A stretch of DNA of 64,000 nt from Candidatus Peribacteria bacterium (GTDB taxonomy: Bacteria > Patescibacteriota > Gracilibacteria > Peribacterales > Peribacteraceae): assembly GCA_943354555.1 (NCBI GenBank), contig CALRCM010000001.1, positions 7,453-71,452 on the forward strand, in the 5' to 3' direction. Under the pieces are notes generated by a model that searched no databases, was not told the DNA's origin, and saw nothing but the letters and a program-made list of their open reading frames with translations. A program made the translations under genes and the position numbers. Below, piece after piece: positions 8,711 through 16,984 of this stretch. Within the stretch, counting starts at the first letter, position 1; each line of letters starts with the position of its first letter.

Positions 8711-9541
8711 TTACTTCATGTCAGGCTTGTACCCCACCAGAAAGTGCGCGTGTGCCATGAGTGAATTGGTTTTATACGGGTAATGCATAAAGAGCTTTCG
8801 TAGGGCAAGAATTCCTCTCCGGATAGCGACAATTCTGCGGTCAGTAGAACGACGGATAGGCACATAAATAGGGAACGGGCAGACGTGTGTTACCGCGACA
8901 TTCGTAAAGCCGACATTCTTCGCAAACACCGCATACTCCTGTGCAGAATAGGTATTACGATAGTAGTCTTTGAAGATTTTTCCTTTATACAAACCAAAGC
9001 ATTTCTTGAACATGCGCATAACGAAGTTTAAGTGCTGTACAGAAAATTTCTTCGGAATATTGAGTGAGATCATCACGCCGCCTGGGTGGAGTATTTTCAG
9101 TTGTTCGGCAAAAAGCTCTTCGACATTATCCAGATGCTCGGCGAGCCCTATGGATACTGTAGCGTCGTAGGTTCCTTCCGGGATCCCTGTCTTGAGCGCG
9201 TCACCGACAAGAAAATTGGCATCAAGATTACGGGATCCAAATGCCTCGCGCGCGATACCAATGGCGTTCTCTTCGTTATCCATCAGGGTTACGTCCAACC
9301 CCATGTATGTCTTGCAGTAGAGTCCGATGGTGCCGCGGCCGCAGCCAAGCTCGATTACTTTTTGTGCGCTGATCTTTTGCAGATGTTCCTGAATGAAGAG
9401 AAAGTAGTTATACAAACTCAACTGACGCTGCGTACACGGAACAGTACCTTTCTCAACGTAAATCGACTTCTCTTCAAGATTGCTCTCCACACCACCTTTT
9501 TGGATTGCCGCCCATTTTCCATGGAATGCTTCCTGACTCAT
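8711..9541 (-). CDS. Class I SAM-dependent methyltransferase
   Basis: Motif I VIELGCGRGTIGLY, then VSIGLAEHLDN...LHPGGVMIS. Confidence 0.8.
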   Translation of the reverse strand: MSQEAFHGKWAAIQKGGVESNLEEKSIYVEKGTVPCTQRQLSLYNYFLFIQEHLQKISAQKVIELGCGRGTIGLYCKTYMGLDVTLMDNEENAIGIAREAFGSRNLDANFLVGDALKTGIPEGTYDATVSIGLAEHLDNVEELFAEQLKILHPGGVMISLNIPKKFSVQHLNFVMRMFKKCFGLYKGKIFKDYYRNTYSAQEYAVFAKNVGFTNVAVTHVCPFPIYVPIRRSTDRRIVAIRRGILALRKLFMHYPYKTNSLMAHAHFLVGYKPDMK

Positions 9542-10506
9542 GATGCTTTTGTAGTGGTCTTTATCGTAGAGCGCAACTTCTTGGCGATGAAGATATCTGT
9601 TTTCGTGCGTGCTTCATGCGTCCTTCCGCCGATGTGCGGGGTCAAAAGAACGTTCTTATGCTTTTTGCTGTGCATAACAAGCGGATCACCGGAACAATCC
9701 TGATCAAACCTCGTTTCGCCCGTAAGGACATCTGCTGCGTACCCTGCGATGCGCTTCTTTTTCAGTGCAAACAGCAGTGCCTGTTCGTCCACAATCTTTC
9801 CACGTGCTGTATTGATGAGCATTGCCGTCGGCTTCATGTGCTGGAATTCCTTTTCCCCAATCATTCCTTCCGTTTCCGGAGTGAGATGAACATGTAGGGA
9901 AACGACATCGCTTGTTTTGAGAAGTGTATTCAGTGATACCTGCGTGCAGACGGATGCGGGAATTTTCTGCAGATCATAGCCGATGATTTTCATGCCGAAT
10001 GCCCTTCCGTATCCTGCGATTATCCGTCCGAGTCTGCCTACGCCGATTATTCCTAGAGTTTTGCCTTTCAGTTCCATTCCGGCGAACGGTTTCCCATTCC
10101 ATTGCCCCTGCGATACAGCTTCTGCCGCTGGAGCGGTATGACGTACCAGCGCGAGAAGAAGACCCCATGCATGCTCTGCGGTTGATGGGATATCTTCAAG
10201 AAGATCTTTTGCATCTTTAAGACTGAGCACGGTGATGCCTTGTTGTTTTGTGGCCTTTAGATCGATGTGGTCTGTTCCAGTCGTTGCGGTTGCAATGAAG
10301 CGCAGATTGGATGCGTGCTTCAGGACATTTGCATCAAATTGCAGGCCGAGCTGCGTGACGACTGCATGGTATACACCAATATTTTTTATCAGCTGTGCCT
10401 GAGTAGGCGTTGCGTAGTCAACAGTTCCGATGGATTCGAGGATCTTTTTTGCCTCAGGAGTGAATTCTTTGCCGATGGTGCAGAGGATACGATGGGGCAT
10501 GAGCAT
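9538..10506 (-). CDS. D-isomer-specific 2-hydroxyacid dehydrogenase family (phosphoglycerate dehydrogenase-like)
   Basis: NAD fold GKTLGIIGVGRLGRIIAGYGRAFGMKIIGYD; C-terminal HIGGRT motif; 4-bp overlap with the downstream MTase gene. Confidence 0.8.
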   Translation of the reverse strand: MLMPHRILCTIGKEFTPEAKKILESIGTVDYATPTQAQLIKNIGVYHAVVTQLGLQFDANVLKHASNLRFIATATTGTDHIDLKATKQQGITVLSLKDAKDLLEDIPSTAEHAWGLLLALVRHTAPAAEAVSQGQWNGKPFAGMELKGKTLGIIGVGRLGRIIAGYGRAFGMKIIGYDLQKIPASVCTQVSLNTLLKTSDVVSLHVHLTPETEGMIGEKEFQHMKPTAMLINTARGKIVDEQALLFALKKKRIAGYAADVLTGETRFDQDCSGDPLVMHSKKHKNVLLTPHIGGRTHEARTKTDIFIAKKLRSTIKTTTKAS

Positions 10507-11214
10507 TTATTTGGATAATTTCTTCATCCAGAATTCCGCAAGTTCCAGATCCACTGGTTCGTTGATATCAATGCTTCGTTCGTGAGGCATAACGTATGCC
10601 AGGGATTTTTTGCCAAACTGATCGTCATTGAGGATCAACTCCGTGCGCGTGAGATAGACAGCGCAGTTACGTTTGTAGGCCTTCTTGCCCTTATGGCGTG
10701 GGTCGGATTGCCCTTGTTCTTCTTGTAACAGTGGTTTGATTTCACCATCCTCAATCGTTTTAATTTTCTGGGGGGCAAAATCTGGAAGCTCTACCATGCT
10801 AAACACAGAATCAGCATCGGATTCGGCGGCGATATGTATACAGGCATCGATATCTTCACCGGTGCGTAGCGGTGACGTCGGCTGCAGCATCATTACATAG
10901 TCGAATGTTTGCTTCTCCTGCTCTTCTATCCAGCGGATCGCATGCGTAAGCACATCGAGCGCGAGTGCAGAGTCTGTTGAGAGATCTTTCGGGCGGAGAA
11001 AGGGAACTTCGGCTCCAGCTTTTTTTGCGATGGCTGCGATTTCGTAACTGTCGGTGGAAACAATACAGCGCGTGAGGAGCTTGGAATTTTTCGCTGCATC
11101 AATCGTGTAGGCGATCAGGGGTTCTCCGTGCAAAGGCGCAATATTCTTGTTAGGGATTCCCTTGCTCCCGCCACGTGCGGTGATAATGCCGAGGACAGTC
11201 GGTGTAGACGTCAT
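10507..11214 (-). CDS. Acylneuraminate cytidylyltransferase family (CMP-ulosonic acid synthetase, NeuA/PseF-like)
   Basis: LGIITARGGSKGIPNKNIAPLHGEPLIAYTIDAA matches the CTP_transf_3 N-terminal signature. Confidence 0.8.
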   Translation of the reverse strand: MTSTPTVLGIITARGGSKGIPNKNIAPLHGEPLIAYTIDAAKNSKLLTRCIVSTDSYEIAAIAKKAGAEVPFLRPKDLSTDSALALDVLTHAIRWIEEQEKQTFDYVMMLQPTSPLRTGEDIDACIHIAAESDADSVFSMVELPDFAPQKIKTIEDGEIKPLLQEEQGQSDPRHKGKKAYKRNCAVYLTRTELILNDDQFGKKSLAYVMPHERSIDINEPVDLELAEFWMKKLSK

Positions 11215-11217
11215 GTG

Positions 11218-12186
11218 TTATAGAGTAATCGTTTCATCCCAGTTATATATCCAATTTCCGTCGATCTTGCTCCCAAATCTTCCCCTGTAGTAATCGCGGT
11301 TCAGCAGTTCTGTATGTGTTAAATCCCGCGTTTCAGTGCCAAGGATCATCTCCCAGTCGGGGATTTCCTGTTGTGCGATTTTCAGCTGGTCCTTTTGCGG
11401 CAGCGCACTGAATTCACGCAGCTCTTTCAGGTGTTTCGGTGTGATCGACACAGGTCCATCCTTTGTTTTATCGCTTTCAAGGATGGTGAAGTGCCTTTCG
11501 ATGACATCCGCCCCAAGGGCGATTGCCGCCTTTGTTGCTCTGATGCCGTCTCTGGCGACGAGCGTGTGATCAGACCACCCAATGGAATCGGTGAATTGCC
11601 TCAACCACTGCATTCGCCGCAGATTGCACATCTCCAGAGTATTTGGATAGCTTGTGACACAATGGAAGAAGGTAAATTCCTTGTTTTTCTCCTTTAGTAG
11701 TTTTGCCGTTTTTTTAATCTCCTCGTCAAATGTTGCCCCCGTCGAGATATAGAGGTGATCGAAGCTTGCGGCTAGCTCACTGACCATTGGGTAGCTCGCG
11801 CAGTCATAGCTTGCGATCTTCACGATGCGCTCAGGCCAGGGGAGTGAAGTGGTGAATGGTATGCGGTTGCGGCTGAAGACCGTTGTCATCGGCAGAATAC
11901 GGTATTTCTTGCATTCTTCTATGAAAAACCGGTGATCATCTTCTGTGAGATCCAACTTTTTCAATCGTTCGTATTCCGTTTCATAGGGGCGCTTGATGGC
12001 AAGAACTGTCCCATCGGTAGCAGCTTTTCCCTCGTCGAATTCTGGTCGGCGTGTGAGGTCTTCGGAAAAGATCATTTGAGATTTGACGATATCCGCGCCG
12101 TTTTCCGCTGCCGCCGAGATCATCTCTGAAAGAAGCGTTCGGTCGCCGCAGTGGTTTTGGCAGAGTTCGACGATTAATTGGGTCAT
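11218..12186 (-). CDS. NeuB-family PEP-condensing ulosonic-acid synthase homolog, apparently without a canonical C-terminal SAF domain
   Basis: IVELCQNHCGD (compare IAEIGxNHNGD), KIASYD, WSDHT, ERHFT motifs of NeuB. The C-terminal ~60 aa do not look like the SAF/AFP-like domain present in the PseI of this window. Confidence 0.7.
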   Translation of the reverse strand: MTQLIVELCQNHCGDRTLLSEMISAAAENGADIVKSQMIFSEDLTRRPEFDEGKAATDGTVLAIKRPYETEYERLKKLDLTEDDHRFFIEECKKYRILPMTTVFSRNRIPFTTSLPWPERIVKIASYDCASYPMVSELAASFDHLYISTGATFDEEIKKTAKLLKEKNKEFTFFHCVTSYPNTLEMCNLRRMQWLRQFTDSIGWSDHTLVARDGIRATKAAIALGADVIERHFTILESDKTKDGPVSITPKHLKELREFSALPQKDQLKIAQQEIPDWEMILGTETRDLTHTELLNRDYYRGRFGSKIDGNWIYNWDETITL

Positions 12187-12454
12187 GTAGCTTGGGTGGA
12201 TATCGACAGTATCTACTTTCTTTTGTCAGCCAGACAAAAGAAAGTAGCCCTTCGACAGGCTCAGGGCAGGCGCCGAAAAGCTCTCCGCGCGCCAACGCCC
12301 CTCCACACGGCCCTGTGTCTCATTGGAAACGCCTACAAGGATTCGGCGTTTCCAACTCGACTTGCTGAGGCAAAAGCAGGGCCTTCCCCTTCACCCCCTC
12401 CTTCGTCAGGCTCAGGACAAGCTGTGGCGCGCGGGGCCCCTCCGGAGCTTTTGT
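12187..12454. repeat. Composite hairpin-rich spacer with degenerate family-1 cores
   Basis: Perfect 15-bp hairpin at 12213-12227/12233-12247 (loop AGCCA). Perfect 11-bp hairpin at 12323-12333/12345-12355. Cores CCCTTCGACAGGCTCAGGG (12248-) and TCCTTCGTCAGGCTCAGGAC (12393-). Long-range complementarity AAAAGCTC..CGCGCGCC between about 12262-12285 and about 12428-12455. Confidence 0.8.
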
Positions 12455-13567
12455 TTACAACTTGGAAATACATTCCACTACCTCTTTTGAAGCAAGTGTT
12501 GTTCCATCAAGTGTTTTGTATTTCTTCGTTAATGCAGACCGAAGTTTTTGCATTTCAACTTTCTGCTTTTCTCCTTCTGTCAGTAATTCTTTCAGGCTTT
12601 GACCTCGGTACACCGTTCCTATACCAAGAGATTCAATGCATTGGTTGTTGAAATAGATCTCCGGATCATCCTTCGGGTCCCAAGGAGCCGCGACGAACGG
12701 TGTATCGGTGAGAAGCGAGAGCCAAACCGAGCTCCAGCCGCTTCTTGCGAAGTGCAGTTTGATTGCCGGATTCCCGATAACATCGGGTAACGCTTTCATG
12801 GCTTCTGTTAGGGCTCCCGGATCATTGGAGTATATCGTCATTCCAAGGCCTTTAGCTTCAGTAAAGAGACGTTCAAGTCCGGGAATACCGGTAACGGTTA
12901 CGTAAATGCCCGAAGAGAGTGCGTCGGCGTTGGGTGAGGGCTGTGAAATGGTAGGAGGAACAAATTGAGAATCGAAAATTGAAGATTGAAAATTGAGTAG
13001 ATGAGAAAAAGTACCTGGGTCGGTTAGAAAATTTTTCTGGAAAGATTGTTCGATGGATTGAAACTTGGAGATTGCATGGTCGAGAACTTGCTCAGGTATT
13101 TCAACCTCCGGTTTCCCTTTTGCCTGCGACAGAATGTCTGTTTGCCAGCCGAACGTGAGTGCGTAGGCAGGAGCGAGGCCGATCGTAAGACGCGGGGAAC
13201 GATGCAGTTCCAGTGCGATGGCATTGCCGTAGGTCTTTTGCAGGTAATCACGAATCAGTGCCGATTGTGCATCTACATGATCTATCCATCGTTGTAGATA
13301 GGTGGCATATGATTCTTTACCGTAGAAGAGCGGCGAGAGGAGCTTGCCGTATGTCTCATCGAGAATGATGTCACTCATGCGAGCACCCAAAACTTCTTTC
13401 ATAATGGATTGCTGCTTTTTTCCGTAGACAAGAGGGACGATGATCCGGTGTTTCGCTTTGCCCTGTTTTTCCAGAAGATCTGCGACAGAAAGCGCCCATT
13501 CCGTTGCACGAAGATACGGACCGGTGCCATACGCGAAGCTTGTAAGAATGAAAGGTACTTCGTTCAT
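12455..13567 (-). CDS. Hypothetical protein, GT-B (GT1/GT28-like) glycosyltransferase C-terminal signature
   Basis: 370 aa. HFARSGWSSVWLSLLTDTPFVAAPWDPKDDPEIYFNNQCIESLGIG resembles the nucleotide-sugar-binding motif of GT1/MurG-type enzymes. No other motif recognised. Confidence 0.45.
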   Translation of the reverse strand: MNEVPFILTSFAYGTGPYLRATEWALSVADLLEKQGKAKHRIIVPLVYGKKQQSIMKEVLGARMSDIILDETYGKLLSPLFYGKESYATYLQRWIDHVDAQSALIRDYLQKTYGNAIALELHRSPRLTIGLAPAYALTFGWQTDILSQAKGKPEVEIPEQVLDHAISKFQSIEQSFQKNFLTDPGTFSHLLNFQSSIFDSQFVPPTISQPSPNADALSSGIYVTVTGIPGLERLFTEAKGLGMTIYSNDPGALTEAMKALPDVIGNPAIKLHFARSGWSSVWLSLLTDTPFVAAPWDPKDDPEIYFNNQCIESLGIGTVYRGQSLKELLTEGEKQKVEMQKLRSALTKKYKTLDGTTLASKEVVECISKL

Positions 13568-13603
13568 CTATGCAGAATTGGTAATAGGGGACCCACCCAC
13601 CTA

Positions 13604-15307
13604 TTAGAGGGTTGAATATTGGATCTGTTTGAGTTGGAGCAATTCTTCCTTTGAATACAATCCCCAAGGATCGAAGAGGAATCCCGGTTGTCGCATGGAG
13701 GAAGCGAGGGAATGAATATCCAGTTCAGAGAAGCTCGGGTGATTGGTGAGGACGAGCACGCAGTCCGCATTCTGGAATCCTTCTTTAGGGGAAGGAACAA
13801 CTTTCGCCTTGAGCGCCTTCAATTCCTTGGCGTCTGCGAGTGGATCAGCAATGGTGATCGACGGGTATTTCTTCTGCAGCTTCCTGAGAATATCCACCGA
13901 TGTGGAAAAGCGAATATCGGATGTTTCCGGTTTTCCTTTAAAAGCCATGCCCAAAAGAAAAATGCGTGTACGTTTTCCTGTGCCTGACTTGCGTGCATGG
14001 CGATCGACGAGACTACAGACGAAATCGATCATATTTTCGTTAATTTCGCGGGAGAGCCTGGGGAGCCGCGGCGTTACGGATCGTTTTCCTGATGCAACCA
14101 GCAGCCACGGATCTTTTACAAGGCACATGCCCCCTACACCGGGGCTGGGGAGAGGAATGGGGTTACGCGGATATCCTTCGTTTGCCGCACGAATGACCTT
14201 GCGTGCGGAGATAGTGTGCTCGCTCGCCAATTGTGCAAATTCATTGGCGAAGGCAAAGGAAAGATCGCGGAAGGCGTTATTCAGAAGTTTTACCGATTCA
14301 GCTTCTTCAAGTGTATCCACAGCGACGATCGTTGGTGCGAAGACGCGGAAGAACTGCGCGGTTGCCTCGAAGCTCTCGCGGTTGAGTCCGCCAATGACTT
14401 GTGGGAGTGACCGCAATTCTTCGAGTGCTTTTCCCTCCACAGTGCGCTCCGGTGCGAAGGCGATAAGGAAATCCTCACCTGCCTTGAGCCCTGATGTTTT
14501 CTCCAGCATAGGAATCACGATGGATCTGGTAATGCCGATGGGAACGGTGGAGCGCAGGATGATGAGATCGTGGTGCTTGAGGACACGGCCGATCTCGTGT
14601 GCGGCATCTGCAATGTACGTCGTCACGGCTTTGCCGTCGGGTCCTACTGGAGTGCCTACACAGAGGACATAGATATCACTTTCATTGGCCTTGAAGCGTT
14701 CCCGTACGAGAAGGTTCTTTCCTATGTGCTTCTTTAAGAGCGCACTGAGTCCTTTTTCGAAGAAGTGCGGGATGCCTTTCTTCAGCGATCCAAGAATTTT
14801 GCGATTCACATCGACGCCGATGACTTGAATGCCGAATTCGGCGAGAGTGAGAGCAAGGGTAAGACCGACGTATCCGAGACCTACGACTGCTGCAGTTCGC
14901 ACTTGCACGTCACTGTGCTTCCAGAGCTCCAGTGGCGTGACGATATCTACGAGGTTCCCTTTGCTATCCACCGTGATCACATGATGGAATTTACTTTCCG
15001 CAACATTGCGTTCTTTGATTTTTTTATGAAGCTCGCGGAGCATTGTCCCTGCGGAGGGGTTCCACTGAATCGTCATCGGGTTACGCGTCATGATGTCTCC
15101 GATAGGGGTGGTCAGAGGTTTGCCTGCAAGAATGGCACGACGAATATCACCGTCTGTAGCAATACCCAGAAGACGGTCTCCCTTCGTGACCAGTGCTATT
15201 CCCCAAGGTGCCGGAGGCTTCTGATGAGGCCCTTCGCTGATAACACGCATAGCTTGCCTGATACTTGTTTTGGGCGAGATGCAGATCGGCTTCAGTCTCT
15301 TGTGCAT
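13604..15307 (-). CDS. CBS-pair domain fused to a UDP-glucose/GDP-mannose dehydrogenase-family nucleotide-sugar dehydrogenase
   Basis: N-terminal ~135 aa resemble a CBS pair (ISPKTSIRQAMRVISEG...GIATDGDIRRAI...VITVDSKGNLVDIVTPLEL). Then AVVGLGYVGLTLALTLAEFGIQVIGVD Rossmann fold and the catalytic region GVGGMCLVKD. Confidence 0.75.
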   Translation of the reverse strand: MHKRLKPICISPKTSIRQAMRVISEGPHQKPPAPWGIALVTKGDRLLGIATDGDIRRAILAGKPLTTPIGDIMTRNPMTIQWNPSAGTMLRELHKKIKERNVAESKFHHVITVDSKGNLVDIVTPLELWKHSDVQVRTAAVVGLGYVGLTLALTLAEFGIQVIGVDVNRKILGSLKKGIPHFFEKGLSALLKKHIGKNLLVRERFKANESDIYVLCVGTPVGPDGKAVTTYIADAAHEIGRVLKHHDLIILRSTVPIGITRSIVIPMLEKTSGLKAGEDFLIAFAPERTVEGKALEELRSLPQVIGGLNRESFEATAQFFRVFAPTIVAVDTLEEAESVKLLNNAFRDLSFAFANEFAQLASEHTISARKVIRAANEGYPRNPIPLPSPGVGGMCLVKDPWLLVASGKRSVTPRLPRLSREINENMIDFVCSLVDRHARKSGTGKRTRIFLLGMAFKGKPETSDIRFSTSVDILRKLQKKYPSITIADPLADAKELKALKAKVVPSPKEGFQNADCVLVLTNHPSFSELDIHSLASSMRQPGFLFDPWGLYSKEELLQLKQIQYSTL

Positions 15308-15398
15308 AGCTACAGTGTACGTCCGGGAAACACGACCCCGCCATATTCATTACTGCTTTTCTTGTCACTCCTCGTCCGAGAGTCGATACTCCTCCGGC

Positions 15399-16865
15399 AT
15401 GCTCGCTTCACCATATCGCGCCGTCATTCTCCGGTTCTCCAACGATGCCGCACATGCGGCCATCGAACGCGTGATGGAGAAGGTTCCATTTTCCTATGCA
15501 GCAAGTATCGGCGCTGTTCCAAGAACGTACGCGAATCTCAGTGCCGATGCGCAGCGGTGGTTTTCCTCTAGCGACGTGCGCGGAGGACTGTATCCCGATG
15601 TGGATCCTGCATCACTCCTCCCTTTGGACGAAGCTCTTTTAGAGCGTATGCGGGAATGCGAAGCAATCTTCATGCATATGATGTCACGTCTCGAGCAGAC
15701 GCAGTTCATTCCCTACGATGAACGCAAGCGTGCATACATGTGGTATCTACGGTACTGGAATGATTTTCTGGAGCGACACCGGATCAACCTGCTCCTTGCA
15801 GGAATTCTGCCCCATGAAATTCCCGATTACATCATTTATGCTCTTTGCAAAGCCAAGGGCATTGCGGTGTGGGTTTTTCATGCAACGACCGTACGCGACA
15901 CTGCAACCCTTTTCACGGATATCGAAGATCAGGCACCGGAGGTCGGGGAAAGATATACACAGCTGCTTGCAGAAAATATATCGGGCAAAATTTCCCTTTC
16001 CCCGTTGTTCGAAGAATATTTCCAGAAGCAAATACAGCCGACCGGCAAGGTGGCAATCGCATTCCGGCGCCCAACTGCTTTCGATCGTCTACTGATCCGT
16101 GCACGTGCTTACGGCATTACATCCATAATTGCCTTCCTGCGATGGCTGCCTCTTCTCTTTTCCGTTGCGGCGTGGAAAGGCCGTATGCGGAAGGTGCTTG
16201 CATGGTGGAAAGTTCGTGATCTTCGGCGATTTTACGATGCTCATGCAGTCCTGCCCGATTACTTAGAGTCCTACATCTACGTGCCACTGCATTTCCAGCC
16301 GGAATGCTCCACGTGCCCCATGGCCGGTGCATTCGTCGATCAGCTGATGACACTTCAGGTGCTTTCCAAAGAAGCGCCTGCAGGCGTGTTGCTCTATGTC
16401 AAAGAGCATCCTGTGCAGCGGAAAAAGGGATTTGCCTGCCGCAGTATCGATTTTTACCGGCAGCTCCTTGCGATGTCCAATGTTCGTCTTATCGAGCACG
16501 CTGCGGATACATTTATACTCCGGGAGCATTGCCAAGCGGTTGCGACGGCAACCGGCACCGCCGGATTTGAAGCGATTTTCCGGGGCAAGCCTGTTTTGAT
16601 GTTCGGGCATAGGTTCTATCAGTATGCGCCTGGCGTATTTTCCATCCGTACTATCGAAGATTGCCGCGAAGCGATGCAGGCGATATTTACGGACGGAAAA
16701 ATCCCCGAGCAGCATTATGTGCGACTGTTTCTAAAATCTATGGAAGAAAAATGCATTCATGCTTCAGTGACGGATTGGCACCAGTTGCAAGCGTCCAATC
16801 TTTCCTTTGAGCAGCATGTTGGGGCGATTTCGGGAGCGTTATTGCAAAAAATAGCCCCTTACTAA
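15399..16865 (+). CDS. Capsule polysaccharide biosynthesis (Capsule_synth, KpsS/KpsC-like) family protein
   Basis: YVPLHFQPECSTCPMAGAFVDQL...LYVKEHP...ATATGTAGFEAIFRGKPVLMFG pattern. Paralog of 33320-34753. Start set at ATG 15399 because the track start (15270) overlaps the divergent gene. Confidence 0.6.
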   Translation: MLASPYRAVILRFSNDAAHAAIERVMEKVPFSYAASIGAVPRTYANLSADAQRWFSSSDVRGGLYPDVDPASLLPLDEALLERMRECEAIFMHMMSRLEQTQFIPYDERKRAYMWYLRYWNDFLERHRINLLLAGILPHEIPDYIIYALCKAKGIAVWVFHATTVRDTATLFTDIEDQAPEVGERYTQLLAENISGKISLSPLFEEYFQKQIQPTGKVAIAFRRPTAFDRLLIRARAYGITSIIAFLRWLPLLFSVAAWKGRMRKVLAWWKVRDLRRFYDAHAVLPDYLESYIYVPLHFQPECSTCPMAGAFVDQLMTLQVLSKEAPAGVLLYVKEHPVQRKKGFACRSIDFYRQLLAMSNVRLIEHAADTFILREHCQAVATATGTAGFEAIFRGKPVLMFGHRFYQYAPGVFSIRTIEDCREAMQAIFTDGKIPEQHYVRLFLKSMEEKCIHASVTDWHQLQASNLSFEQHVGAISGALLQKIAPY

Positions 16866-16872
16866 AGAAATA

Positions 16873-16970
16873 TGTCATGGTGAGTAGCGCCGCTGGTCGT
16901 GCTTCGATACGTCCTTCGACAAGCTCAGGACTACTCAGCATGACAAAGCGGCGCGTATCGAACCATGATG
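16873..16970. repeat. Family-1 palindromic intergenic element, copy B (inverted relative to copy A)
   Basis: TGTCATGGTGAGTAG (16873-16887) ... GTCCTTCGACAAGCTCAGGAC ... CTACTCAGCATGACA (16931-16945) ... GCGCGTATCGAA. Lies between convergent genes. Confidence 0.85.
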
Positions 16971-16984
16971 TGTTTGGCGTGCAA

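Noticed and set aside
13743-14672. Large antisense ORFs inside enzymes: 13743-14672(+), 26673-27449(+), 29047-30000(+), 33869-34675(-), 35936-36697(-), 59362-60081(-), 56933-57619(+)
   Set aside because: The opposite strand carries strongly recognisable enzymes (dehydrogenase, PseB, DegT, KpsS-like, Gmd, AhcY, Ugd). The antisense products are Arg/Ser/Cys-rich with no motifs.
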